Below, one piece after another: positions 14,771-25,676 of a DNA stretch of 64,000 nt. Each line of letters starts with the position of its first letter. Positions within the stretch are counted from its first letter, which is position 1. The notes under the pieces were generated by a model. The model made no database searches, was not told the DNA's origin, and saw nothing but the letters and a program-made list of their open reading frames with translations. Source of the DNA: Rhabdothermincola salaria (lineage in GTDB: Bacteria; Actinomycetota; Acidimicrobiia; Acidimicrobiales; Acidimicrobilacustridaceae); contig NZ_JAJQXW010000001.1 of assembly GCF_021246445.1 (NCBI RefSeq), positions 744,001-808,000 of the forward strand. The letters are read 5' to 3'. Made by a program: the position numbers and the translations under genes.

Positions 14771-16432
14771 TCAGCTGATCTCGCGGTCGCCGAGGATCTC
14801 GTCGAGGCGCACGATGTCGGAGGTGCTCACCACCCCGACGAAGGTGGTGCCGTCGACGACCGGCAGGGTGTCGATGCCGGCCGCGTCCATCGTGCGGATC
14901 GCCTGCTCCAGGCGCCAGTCCGGGGCGCCCGTCGGCCAGCTCGCGTCGAGCGCCTCGGCCACCGTGGTGGTGGGCCACTCCTCAGGGGCCAGGCGGGCGA
15001 GGTCGTCGACCGAGATCATCCCCAGGTACTCGTTGCCGTCGAGCACGGGCACGTCCATCTTGCGGGTCAGCAAGAGGTGGTGGTCGTAGAACTCCTCGAT
15101 GGTGGCGTCCGGGGGCACGGCGCGCACGTCCGATGTCAGCGCCGCGGCGATGGGGAGCTGGAAGCGACGCTCGAGGTGTCCGACCCGGCCGGCCGACTGG
15201 TAGGCGGACACGGAGTCGTTGCCCATCACCAGCTGCGACGCCACCGATGCGATGAGTCCGGGGACCACGAAGCCGGGCCGGCCGGTCGCCTCGGCGACGA
15301 ACATCACGCCGGCCAGCGGCGTGCGGTAGCCGGCGCCCAGGAACGCGGCCACGCCGATGAGGGGGAACAGGCTCGACGGGTCGTCGAGCGCCGTGGAGGT
15401 GGCGTCGCCCACCAGGGCCCCGGCCACGACGAGCGGGATGAACAGCCCGCCCACCCCACCACCGGCCAGCGTGGCCGTGGTGGCCACCACCCGGATGGCC
15501 AGGAGGGCCACGATGAGCCCGATCGAACGCTCCGGCTCGCTCAGCCAGTCGAGCACCCGGTAGCCGGATCCGCTCGACAACGTGTCGTCGAAGAGCACCT
15601 GGGACAGCACCAGCAGGGCGATGAGGACCCCGGAGGCGGCGGCGATGCGGGTGAGGGGGTGGCCGAGCGTCGAGAGGCGCTTGGCCAGGCGGATCAGTCG
15701 GGCGAAGCCCCGCGCCCCCAGACCGCACACGATGCCGAGCAGCACCGCGCCGCCGAGCTCGCGCAGGTCGAACGGAGGCGACCCCTCGACCCTGAACAGC
15801 GGGGCCGTGCCCAGCAGGGCGACGAAGGTGAGGTAGCCCATGGCCGCGCCGACCAGCGACGGCAGCAGCATGCGGCGGGCGGTGTCGTCGCGGTAGGGCA
15901 CCTCCATGGCGAAGACCGCGCCGGTGGCCGGCGCCTTGAAGATGGCGGCCACGCCGGCGGCGGCACCGGCGACCATCAAGACCTTGGTGTCGTCGCGGGT
16001 GAACAGGCGCGACCAGCGGGCCTGCAGGGCCGAGCCGATCACGGCGCCCATGTAGAGCGACGGGCCCTCGAAGCCCAGAGAGCCACCGCTGCCGAGGGTG
16101 GCGGCGCCGGCGGTCAGGCGACCGATCACCGGCCGCAACGGCAGCACCCGATCGGGCTCGTGGAAGTTCTCGATGTAGGCGTCGGCCGTGGCGGGGGAGG
16201 CGCCCCCGGCGATCCAGAGCAGCGAGGCGGCGGCGACGAGGAGGCCCACGGCGAGCAACCCGGCCTGCACGGCCACCGGGGTCTCGATCACCCGCTCGAA
16301 GAGCTCCTGTTGGACGGCCCAGTCGTAGCCGGCGACGGCGCCACCGGTGAGCACCCCGGTGGCACCGGACAACAGCAGCGTGCGCTGCGAGCGCACGCCG
16401 AAGTCACGGACCAGCCGTGCCCGGACCTTCAT
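14771..16432 (-). CDS. ClC-family chloride channel/transporter with C-terminal CBS pair
   Basis: GFEGP, AGAAAGVAAIFKAP..G..FAME, GGLFIP; hydrophobic core plus CBS-like tail. Confidence 0.88.
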   Translation of the reverse strand: MKVRARLVRDFGVRSQRTLLLSGATGVLTGGAVAGYDWAVQQELFERVIETPVAVQAGLLAVGLLVAAASLLWIAGGASPATADAYIENFHEPDRVLPLRPVIGRLTAGAATLGSGGSLGFEGPSLYMGAVIGSALQARWSRLFTRDDTKVLMVAGAAAGVAAIFKAPATGAVFAMEVPYRDDTARRMLLPSLVGAAMGYLTFVALLGTAPLFRVEGSPPFDLRELGGAVLLGIVCGLGARGFARLIRLAKRLSTLGHPLTRIAAASGVLIALLVLSQVLFDDTLSSGSGYRVLDWLSEPERSIGLIVALLAIRVVATTATLAGGGVGGLFIPLVVAGALVGDATSTALDDPSSLFPLIGVAAFLGAGYRTPLAGVMFVAEATGRPGFVVPGLIASVASQLVMGNDSVSAYQSAGRVGHLERRFQLPIAAALTSDVRAVPPDATIEEFYDHHLLLTRKMDVPVLDGNEYLGMISVDDLARLAPEEWPTTTVAEALDASWPTGAPDWRLEQAIRTMDAAGIDTLPVVDGTTFVGVVSTSDIVRLDEILGDREIS

Positions 16433-16586
16433 GCCCCGCGGGGGGACGTCGACGTCACCGTGAGGGAGCTCACGGTGTGAGAGACGACGACCACCCACCC
16501 AGGATGGGTCGCCGCACGACCCGCGAGCAACCGCAGCCCGAGCTCCCACCGGCCGGCCGCGCCGAGGTCACCCGGGTGCGGACGCG

Positions 16587-16624
16587 CCACGGCCCGCCGG
16601 CGCAGGTGCACCGGCGGGCCGTGG
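16587..16624 (-). terminator. GC-rich stem-loop after amidohydrolase gene
   Basis: CCACGGCCCGCCGG-N10-CCGGCGGGCCGTGG, 14 nt past the stop at 16639. Confidence 0.65.
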
Positions 16625-16638
16625 TCCGAACGCGATGA

Positions 16639-17868
16639 TCAGCTGGCGCGAGCCAACTGGCGGGCGGAGCGCTCGAGGGCCTGGTTGGCGTTCTCGGGCA
16701 GCGCGTCCAGGGGCTGGGAGAGCTCGGCGACCGTCGGGCCGAACTGGTCGGCGAGGGGGCGCAGTGCGTCGAGGTCGAAGCCGTACAGCTCGGCGGCGTT
16801 GCCGGCCAGGTACTGCTGCTTCTTCTCGGGATCGAGGTCGGCCATCACCTGGCGGAGATGCTCGCGGGTGAAGGGGTAGGTCCCTTCGTCGTGGGGGTAG
16901 TCGCTGCCCCACATGACCCGCTCGAGACCGACCGGGCCGAGAGCGGCGGCGACGTCGGCCGGCGCGGGCTGGCTGGTGCCCACGTAGCAGCTCTGCATGA
17001 AGTACTCGGTGGCCGAGCGGGGCGGCACCAGCTCGCCACCGATGCGCATCTCACCCGACTTGTTCGAGCGGATGCCGTCCATGAGGTCGTCCATCTGCTG
17101 GAGGAAGGCGGGGATCCAGGCGCAGCCGGCCTCGGTGAGGACGAACTTGAGGTCGGGGAAGCGCTCGAAGACGCCGCCGAGGATCATGTAGGCCAGCGGC
17201 CGCTGCGAGTAGAAGGGGATCTCGAGGAAGTGGACCAGAGGCATCGCCGGGGCCTTCTGGTACACGGGGCCTCCCGTGCCGCTGTGGGCGTTGACGACCA
17301 CGCCGAGCTCCTGGCACTTGGCCCACACCGGGTCGTAGTCGGGGTGGTAGAGCGGCTTGATCCAGTCGGTCGTGGGGGGCACCGAGCCCACGAGGATGCC
17401 GCCGCGCAGACCGTTCTCGTGGCACCACTCGATGTCGGCGATGGTGTCGTCGATGTCGTTCAGGAAGACCTGCCCGATGCCGGCGCGGGACTCGGGCTTC
17501 TGGGAGACGAAGTCGGCCATCCACCGGTTGTGGGCCTGGATGCCGGCGTGGCGGTGCTCGTACTCGTCCGGCGTCGGGGGCTGGGCGAAGAGCACGAAGT
17601 TGGGGAAGAACGGCGGCACGGTGTTGGGGAAGATGACCTCGCCCACCACGCCGTCGGCGTTCATCTGCTCGTCGCGCATGTCGCCGTCCCAGTTCCGGAT
17701 CCTCATGTCGGTGTCCTTGAGGTCCTTGAACGGGTTCTTGTACTTCTCGCGCCAGGCGTCGAAGTCGTCGCGGTACTTCGGGTCGAGGTACTCGCGGTAC
17801 TGGGCGTGGCTGCCACCGGCATGGGTGTCAGCAGAGATCACGATGTAGCGGTCGTCGGGTCCAAGCAC
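16639..17868 (-). CDS. Amidohydrolase family protein (second paralog in window)
   Basis: VISADTHAG, VNAHSG, VFERFPDLKFVLTE, MWGSDYPH; GTG start after GAAGGA. Confidence 0.88.
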   Translation of the reverse strand: MLGPDDRYIVISADTHAGGSHAQYREYLDPKYRDDFDAWREKYKNPFKDLKDTDMRIRNWDGDMRDEQMNADGVVGEVIFPNTVPPFFPNFVLFAQPPTPDEYEHRHAGIQAHNRWMADFVSQKPESRAGIGQVFLNDIDDTIADIEWCHENGLRGGILVGSVPPTTDWIKPLYHPDYDPVWAKCQELGVVVNAHSGTGGPVYQKAPAMPLVHFLEIPFYSQRPLAYMILGGVFERFPDLKFVLTEAGCAWIPAFLQQMDDLMDGIRSNKSGEMRIGGELVPPRSATEYFMQSCYVGTSQPAPADVAAALGPVGLERVMWGSDYPHDEGTYPFTREHLRQVMADLDPEKKQQYLAGNAAELYGFDLDALRPLADQFGPTVAELSQPLDALPENANQALERSARQLARAS

Positions 17869-17932
17869 GGGAGTTCCTTCGCGTCGGGGGTGGGGGTTGG
17901 CTCGAGCGGCCGGGGGGACCGCGGGCTCCCCC

Positions 17933-17961
17933 ATACTAGAACACGGCTTCAGTTTCGTCAC
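17933..17961 (-). promoter_or_regulatory. Sigma70-type promoter with imperfect palindrome in the spacer
   Basis: Minus strand GTGACG-N17-TAGTAT; overlapped by AACTGAAGCCGTGTTCTAGT. Confidence 0.55.
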
Positions 17962-18041
17962 GCCCCGACGGAGGTTCCTCGGTTCCGGGCGCCGCGACCG
18001 GTCGCAGCCCGTCGTGCACCGGGTGTGGGCCGGTGGCCGAC

Positions 18042-18638
18042 TCAGGAGGGCATCACGGTGGCGTAGTCGCGGCGCGAGACGGCGTCGGCGGTGGTGGAGC
18101 CGTCGCCGCGGGCGACCTCCACGTTCACCCCGTCGACGAGGAAGCGCACCTGGCCGATCCCGGGCTGCTGGGTCAGCGTGCACACGATCTGGGCCACCGC
18201 GGCCAGCTGGTTGCGGGCCGAGCCCTCGACGACCCCCGCGCCGAGGTCCACGTTGGCCACCCCTGCGCTGGTCCGGACCTCGTTGACGACCGCGTCGTCG
18301 CTGATGGCGGTGGAGAGGCCGAGGGTGCGCTCGGCGTCGGTCGGTGGGTCGCCGAGGGCACCGAGGACCTCGGACAGCGAAGGGTTCGGGGCGAAGTCAC
18401 GGGGGATCGACACCAGCTGCCCGTCGGTGCGCACCAGACAGATGCTGATGGGCACGGCCGTCGGGGCCGCCACCGTCGTGGTCGCGCCGTCGCCCCGCTC
18501 CAGCAGGCCGAAGGGCACGTCCTCGTCGGGTTGGGCGCGCGGGGAGTCGTCGGGGCTGATGCCGCAGCCGGCCAGCACGGTGCCGGCCACCACGAGACCG
18601 AGCCCGAGGAGGACGAGGAGGCGGGCGAGGCGCGTCAT
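18042..18638 (-). CDS. GerMN-domain lipoprotein
   Basis: Lipobox LAGC; GPT..E..LGLSTAI-like segment, AVAQIVCTLT..PGI..VRFLVDG. Confidence 0.8.
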   Translation of the reverse strand: MTRLARLLVLLGLGLVVAGTVLAGCGISPDDSPRAQPDEDVPFGLLERGDGATTTVAAPTAVPISICLVRTDGQLVSIPRDFAPNPSLSEVLGALGDPPTDAERTLGLSTAISDDAVVNEVRTSAGVANVDLGAGVVEGSARNQLAAVAQIVCTLTQQPGIGQVRFLVDGVNVEVARGDGSTTADAVSRRDYATVMPS

Positions 18639-20023
18639 GTCGGTGTCGGGGGGAGCTCGATGACGAAGCGGGCGCCGCCCCCAGGGGCGTCCTCCACGGT
18701 GATGGTGCCGCCGTGCAGCGAGACGTGCTGGGCGCTGAGGGCGAGGCCCAAGCCGGTGCCCTTGGGCAGGTCGGGGTCGCGGTGCGCCCGCCCCCGCTCG
18801 TAGCGGTTGAAGATGGCGTCTCGGTCTTCGGGTGCCACCCCGGGGCCGGTGTCGTCGACGACGATGCGAACCCGTCCCTCCGAGCCCGGTTCGAGGATCA
18901 CCCGGGTGGGCCCGCCGGCATAGCGGTCGGCGTTCTCGAGCAGGTTGCCCATGGCCTGGCGGATGCGGCGGGGGTCCACGACGAGTCGGGGGTCGTAGCC
19001 GGGCGCCACCGACAGGGGTACGTCGGAGTGGGACTCGCCGAGGACGGCCCGCACGAACTCGATGCCCCCGACCTCGCGGGTCTCGAGGCTGGCGGTGCCG
19101 GCTTCGAACCGTGAGATCTCGAGCAGGTCGAGGACGAGGCGGTTGAAGGCCACGACCTGCTCGTCGAGGGCGTCGATCGCCTCCCCCGCCTCCTCGGGGA
19201 GCTGGTCGCGCCGGCGGTTCACCACCGACACGGCGGCGGACAGCGCGGTGAGCGGGCCCCGCAGGTCATGGCTGACATCGGAGGCGAACCGGGCTTCGCG
19301 CCGGGTCCGCTCTTCCAGTTCGTCGAGCATGCCGTTGAACGACTCGCTCAGGGGGTCGAGGTCGGGGTCGCCCACCACCTCGAGGCGGGCGCTGGGGCCG
19401 CCCTCGCGCACCTGCTGGGCCACCGCCGACACCCGACGTAGCGGCCGCAGCACCCGTCCGGTGACGGCGGCACCGGTGAGCGCCCCGATGAGGGCGGCGG
19501 CGATGGCCCCGACGGCGAGCGAACGCCCCAGGGTCTGCAACGTGGTCTCGGTGTCGCCGAGGTCGACGAGCTCGAAGTAGCGGGCGCCGACCTGGGGCAG
19601 GGGGATGCCGATGACGAGGTCGGGGCCGGTGCTGGTCATCGTGATCTGCCGGGCCACGTGGCCGTCGGCGACCGTGTCGCGCAGTCCCGAGGGCAGCGCG
19701 GAGCGGTCGACCCCGACCGCGCTGGCGTACCAGAGCCCGCCCTGCTCGAGCAGGACCTCCCCACTGCTGGAGACCTGCAGCCCCGAGAGGAGCTCGGGCA
19801 GATCGGTACCGGGCGCCCGCAGGCGGGTGCGTACCAGCCGGGCGTTGGTGTACGCCTGGGCCATCGCCGCGTCCTCACGGTCCTCCACGGTCCAGGTGCG
19901 CACCAGGGTGAAGGTGATGATCGCCAAGGTGCCGGCCAGGACGAGCGAGACCAGCCCGAAGGCCAGCATGGCGCGTACCCGCAGTGGGACGCGCAGTGGG
20001 CGGCGCTGCCTCCAGGTCGACAC
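18635..20023 (-). CDS. HAMP-domain sensor histidine kinase
   Basis: Two TM helices, HAMP, FASDVSHDLRGPL H-box, NLLENA, DTGPG, GTGLGL. Confidence 0.93.
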   Translation of the reverse strand: MSTWRQRRPLRVPLRVRAMLAFGLVSLVLAGTLAIITFTLVRTWTVEDREDAAMAQAYTNARLVRTRLRAPGTDLPELLSGLQVSSSGEVLLEQGGLWYASAVGVDRSALPSGLRDTVADGHVARQITMTSTGPDLVIGIPLPQVGARYFELVDLGDTETTLQTLGRSLAVGAIAAALIGALTGAAVTGRVLRPLRRVSAVAQQVREGGPSARLEVVGDPDLDPLSESFNGMLDELEERTRREARFASDVSHDLRGPLTALSAAVSVVNRRRDQLPEEAGEAIDALDEQVVAFNRLVLDLLEISRFEAGTASLETREVGGIEFVRAVLGESHSDVPLSVAPGYDPRLVVDPRRIRQAMGNLLENADRYAGGPTRVILEPGSEGRVRIVVDDTGPGVAPEDRDAIFNRYERGRAHRDPDLPKGTGLGLALSAQHVSLHGGTITVEDAPGGGARFVIELPPTPT

Positions 20024-20080
20024 CCCACCTTCCTAGCGCAGCCGCCCCCGCCGGCGACCGAGGGGCCCGTCGTGCCGGGC

Positions 20081-21199
20081 CTAGCCGCCGTCTCCCGGGG
20101 GCGTCTCGGTCTCGGGCACCGAGCGCCGCCGTGGGTTCTTGACGTTGTGGAAGTAGTCGACGACCTCGAAGCTGACGGCGGCGACCGGCACGGCCACGAA
20201 GGCCCCGATGATGCCGCCCAGGACCCCTCCCGTCGTCACCGCCACGAGGATGACCACCGGATGCAGCTTCACGGTCCTGGCCATCACGAGGGGATCGATG
20301 AGGTTGGTCACCACGTTCTGCACGATCAGCGCCAGGGCGATCACGATGAGGGCGGTGACGAACCCCTGGGTGACGAGGGCCACGGCCGCGGCCAGGGCCC
20401 CGGCGACCACGGCCCCGACCAGCGGGAAGTAGCCACCGAAGAAGGTGATGACCCCGAGCGGCAGGGCGAGGGGCACCCCGAGCACGGCCAGGCCGGTGCC
20501 GATCAGGACCCCCTCCACCACGCCGTCGATGGTCACCCCCTGGAAGTAGCCGGTGAGGGTGCGCCAGGCCCGCTGCCCGATCGCCCGCAGATCGGCGGCG
20601 GTCCCGGCGCTCATCTGGTCGAGGCCGAAGCGGAGCATCCGGTCGCCGTCCTTGACGAAGAAGAACGTCAGCACCAGGGTCAACACGGCGCCGACGGCCA
20701 CCTCGGCCGCCACGCTGGCCCCGGCGATGGCCCCGGTGGCCAGCTCGTCCTGGCGTTCGGAGATCTGGGCCTGAGCCGACTCGACCAGCTCGTCGATGTC
20801 GCCCTCGGCCATCTCCAGAGGACCGGTCTGCAACCAGGTGCGCAGGTCGTCGAGCGCGGCGGAGGTGGCGTCGCCCAGCTCGGCGAACTGGTCCACGAAG
20901 GGCGGCACGATGACCACACCGACGAGGGCCAGGATGCCGGCCAGGCCGAGGAAGACGAGGGCGGTCGCCGGCAACGGCGGAATGCCGCGGCGACGCAACG
21001 CCACGGCCGGGGGAGCGAGCACGGTGGAGAGGAACAGCGCCACGAAGATCGGGACGACCACGATCTTGAGCCGCCACAGCACGACCCCGAGCACGAACAC
21101 CGCCGCCCCAATGGCGAGGAGCCGGATGGCCACCGCCGCCAGCCAGGTCAGGCGCGGGGGGACGGGCAGGGTGCGGGGGCTGGGTTCGTCGGTCGGCAC
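20081..21199 (-). CDS. AI-2E family transporter
   Basis: FFFVKDG, GYFQG, FPLVGA, LHPVVILVAV..GG.LGGIIGAFVAVP. Confidence 0.88.
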   Translation of the reverse strand: MPTDEPSPRTLPVPPRLTWLAAVAIRLLAIGAAVFVLGVVLWRLKIVVVPIFVALFLSTVLAPPAVALRRRGIPPLPATALVFLGLAGILALVGVVIVPPFVDQFAELGDATSAALDDLRTWLQTGPLEMAEGDIDELVESAQAQISERQDELATGAIAGASVAAEVAVGAVLTLVLTFFFVKDGDRMLRFGLDQMSAGTAADLRAIGQRAWRTLTGYFQGVTIDGVVEGVLIGTGLAVLGVPLALPLGVITFFGGYFPLVGAVVAGALAAAVALVTQGFVTALIVIALALIVQNVVTNLIDPLVMARTVKLHPVVILVAVTTGGVLGGIIGAFVAVPVAAVSFEVVDYFHNVKNPRRRSVPETETPPGDGG

Positions 21200-21269
21200 C
21201 CCGGCCCCCTACCCCGTCGGGCCCGCGAGGAGCCGATCGGCGGGAGGGTCCTCTCCGCGAGGCCCGCGC

Positions 21270-22055
21270 TCAGCCACGGAGCCCGTCGACGTAGGCCCGC
21301 ACCGCGTCGTGGTACTCGTGCTCGGTGAAGGCCCACTGCTGGTGATCGGCGTCGCCCCAGGCGGCCGCCATCCCCGGTGTCGTCCGTCCGAGCGCGGCGG
21401 TCATCGAGCGGGTCATGGCCAGCGCGGCCGGGGGCATGGCCAGCAGCTCGCCGATGCAGGCCTCCACGGCGTCGTCGAGGTCCTCCGGCGCCGCGACCCG
21501 TTGGGCGAAGCCGCTCCGCGAGAGCTCCTCGGCGAGCACGACCCGCCCGGACATCACCCAGTCACGGGTGAGGGGCAGCCCCACCTCTCGGATCAGGCGG
21601 GGCAGACCGGCCCAGGTGAGGGGGATGCCGATGGCCAGCTCCGGAATGCGCAGGCGGGTGTCGGCCGAGGCCACGCGGATGTCGAACGCGGCGGCCAGGA
21701 GTGCCGCGCCTCCCACCACGTGGCCGTGCAGGCGGGCGACGGTGGCCTGGGGGACGCGCTCGAGCTGGTCGAGCAGCCGTTGCCAGGTGCCGGCCCGGTG
21801 TCGCCGGGTCGACCAGTCGCCCTCGATGGGGGGATAGGCGGTGGCGCGCAGGTCGGCGCCGGCGGAGAACGCCCGCCCGGCCCCGTCGAGGAGGACCACC
21901 CGGATGTCGGGCCGGTCCTCGAGCTCGGTGAGGACCTCGCGCAGGGCCAGTCGGATGCCGTCGTCGAGGGAGTTGAGCGACGCCGGCCGGTCGAGCGTCA
22001 GCCGGGTGAGCGGCGCCTCGAGGCGGACGTGCAGGCCGCGATCGTCGTGAGCCAT
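21270..22055 (-). CDS. Enoyl-CoA hydratase/isomerase family protein
   Basis: LTLDRP..LN, FSAGADL, GHVVGG, PELAIG. Confidence 0.9.
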   Translation of the reverse strand: MAHDDRGLHVRLEAPLTRLTLDRPASLNSLDDGIRLALREVLTELEDRPDIRVVLLDGAGRAFSAGADLRATAYPPIEGDWSTRRHRAGTWQRLLDQLERVPQATVARLHGHVVGGAALLAAAFDIRVASADTRLRIPELAIGIPLTWAGLPRLIREVGLPLTRDWVMSGRVVLAEELSRSGFAQRVAAPEDLDDAVEACIGELLAMPPAALAMTRSMTAALGRTTPGMAAAWGDADHQQWAFTEHEYHDAVRAYVDGLRG

Positions 22056-22106
22056 GCCCGATGGTGCCACGCGTCGAGGCGGGCGGCTGCCCTCGGCCCT
22101 CGGTCC

Positions 22107-23788
<1,682 letters not shown>

Positions 23789-23792
<4 letters not shown>

Positions 23793-24277
23793 CGGGCTCC
23801 GAGGCGGTGGCGCACCGCGTCCAGCTCCTCGGGTCGGGCCGCCACCACCAGGCGATCACCGACCCGCAGTGCGCGTGAGGGGTCGTCCTCGACGAGCTCG
23901 GGGGTGTCGTCGCGGATGACGGCGAGGACTCGCGCCCGTCCTTCGTCCGCGAGTTCGTCGGGCACGCGGCCCAGCGCGGGGGAGTCGGCAGCCAGCTCGA
24001 GGGTGACGACCTGGACGGGTTCGTCGTGGACGGCTGGCGCCGCGGCGTCGTGCCCGGTGACGACCAACCCGCTCAGCAGCATGCCCAGGGTCACCGCCTG
24101 GGCCTCCGAGAGCGTCACGGTGAGCTCCGGGCTGTCTCGACCCGGGGCGATGGCGGAGAGCTCGCGACGACCGTCGGCGCCGTGCACGACCAGTGTCACG
24201 CAGGCCCGATCGGGGAGTCGCAGCTCGTAGCTCCGGTCGCTGCCGGGAACGGGATGTTCGTGCAGGTGGACGTCCAC
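23789..24277 (-). CDS. KhtT-like antiporter regulatory subunit (RCK_C/TrkA-C)
   Basis: PVPG..YEL, GRREL, TLSEAQA..LG.LL, VLAVIR..GDRLVV; 4-nt overlap with the antiporter gene. Confidence 0.72.
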
Positions 24278-24338
24278 GGAGGTCTCCTTGCTGGGGATCG
24301 GGCGCTCTTCCAGGTGCCCCAGGGGGTTAGGGGTCTGC

Positions 24339-24794
24339 TCAGTCGGACTGGTCGCCGGTGACCAGGACGGGACACGGGGCGTGGCGCACGACGTGGTCGG
24401 ACACCGAGCCGAGCACCGCCCGGCGGATGCCGCCTCGACCCCGCGAACCGATCACGATGGCCCCCGCGCCGAGCTCCTCGGCGAGGGCGCAGATGGCCAC
24501 CCCGGCGTCGCCGTGCAGGGCCCGTGTCTCGACCGGGTCGAGCTCGAGCGCCTCGGAGGTCTCGTCGAGGACGGTCTCGGCGTGGGCCACCGCGGCGGCC
24601 GTGCGGGCCTCGAGCTCCTCGGGGGTCATGACCCCACCCGCGAAACCGGTGCCGGTGACGAGCGAGGGGTCCGGTTCGTCGACCACGGTCACGAGCACGA
24701 GCTCCCGGCCGGGGCCGAGGAGCTCCAGGCCCGAGGCGAGGGCCTCGATGGCCAACGGGGACCCGTCGGTGCAGAGCAGGATCGGAGCGACCAT
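24339..24794 (-). CDS. Universal stress protein
   Basis: ILLCTDGS, IVIGSRGRG..LGSVSDHVVRHAPCPVLV. Confidence 0.93.
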   Translation of the reverse strand: MVAPILLCTDGSPLAIEALASGLELLGPGRELVLVTVVDEPDPSLVTGTGFAGGVMTPEELEARTAAAVAHAETVLDETSEALELDPVETRALHGDAGVAICALAEELGAGAIVIGSRGRGGIRRAVLGSVSDHVVRHAPCPVLVTGDQSD

Positions 24795-24829
24795 CCCGGA
24801 ACCGTACCCGGGCCCCGACCGGCGCGGCG

Positions 24830-25177
24830 TCAGAGACCGAGCAGCTTGGCCTTGGCGGCGGCGAACTCGTCGTCGCTGAGCAGGCCCTGTGCCTTGAGCT
24901 CGGCGAGCTCCTTGAGCTTGGCGATGGGATCGTCGCCGCCCGCCGGCGGCGCAGGTGCCGCGGGCACGGCCTGCTGGGCGGCGACCTGGGCGGCGGCCTG
25001 GGTGGCCGCCTGGTCGACCATGGCCTGTTGCTGCTGGGCGGCGGTGGCCTGCTGGGCCTCGGCCTTCTGGGCCTGGCGGTTGTGGACCCCGCCCGAGACG
25101 GCGGTGGCGGTTCCGGCGATGACAGCGGTGCGGGCCATGGTGCCCATGAGACCGGGGCGACCCCTACGACGGCGCAT
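24830..25177 (-). CDS. SHOCT-domain protein
   Basis: ARTAVIAGTATAVS N-terminus, Q/A/P linker, LKELAELKAQGLLSDDEFAAAKAKLL. Confidence 0.85.
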   Translation of the reverse strand: MRRRRGRPGLMGTMARTAVIAGTATAVSGGVHNRQAQKAEAQQATAAQQQQAMVDQAATQAAAQVAAQQAVPAAPAPPAGGDDPIAKLKELAELKAQGLLSDDEFAAAKAKLLGL

Positions 25178-25187
25178 GCGTTGACTC

Positions 25188-25628
25188 CTACTGTTCCTGG
25201 AGGGCGGTGACGGCCCGCACGACGACGTCGTGGGGGATGCGGTCCTGGCTGATGAGGAAGCCGCCGGAGTCCCAGATGGCTCCGGCCAGGCGGGCCAGCC
25301 AGAGGTTCTCCCACACGACCACCATGGCGGCGGTCCCGACCTCGAGCTCCTCGGCGATGGACGACAGGTCCTCGTCGTTCAACATGTCGAGCGGGTCGTC
25401 GGCGAGGGCTCCGAAGGCGTCGGGGGCCTCGTCCTCGGTGACCTCGACCCAGGTGGTGGAGCCGTCGGCCGCCTTGCGCACGAAGACCAGGTCGATGATG
25501 CGAACCACGCCGCTCTCGGCCAGTTCCAGCAGCGCCGGGGCGATCTCGCCGTTGAAGGAATCGCCGGTGAAGCCGATGACGGCGACGTCGATCGGCGCGA
25601 GCCGGTGCGGATCGGGGACGACGGCCAC
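25188..25628 (-). CDS. DUF6325-like acidic protein
   Basis: PIDVAVIGF.G..F.GEIAPAL..L...GVVRIIDL, VWENLW, RIP; typical neighbour of SHOCT genes. Confidence 0.72.
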   Translation of the reverse strand: MAVVPDPHRLAPIDVAVIGFTGDSFNGEIAPALLELAESGVVRIIDLVFVRKAADGSTTWVEVTEDEAPDAFGALADDPLDMLNDEDLSSIAEELEVGTAAMVVVWENLWLARLAGAIWDSGGFLISQDRIPHDVVVRAVTALQEQ

Positions 25629-25676
25629 GAGTTGCCTCCAGGAGGGTCAAGGCCCGAGATGGGCAGCGGCGAGATC

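Noticed and set aside
24940..25080. Repetitive CAG/GCC-rich sequence
   Set aside because: Encodes the Q/A/P linker of the SHOCT protein; not a DNA repeat element
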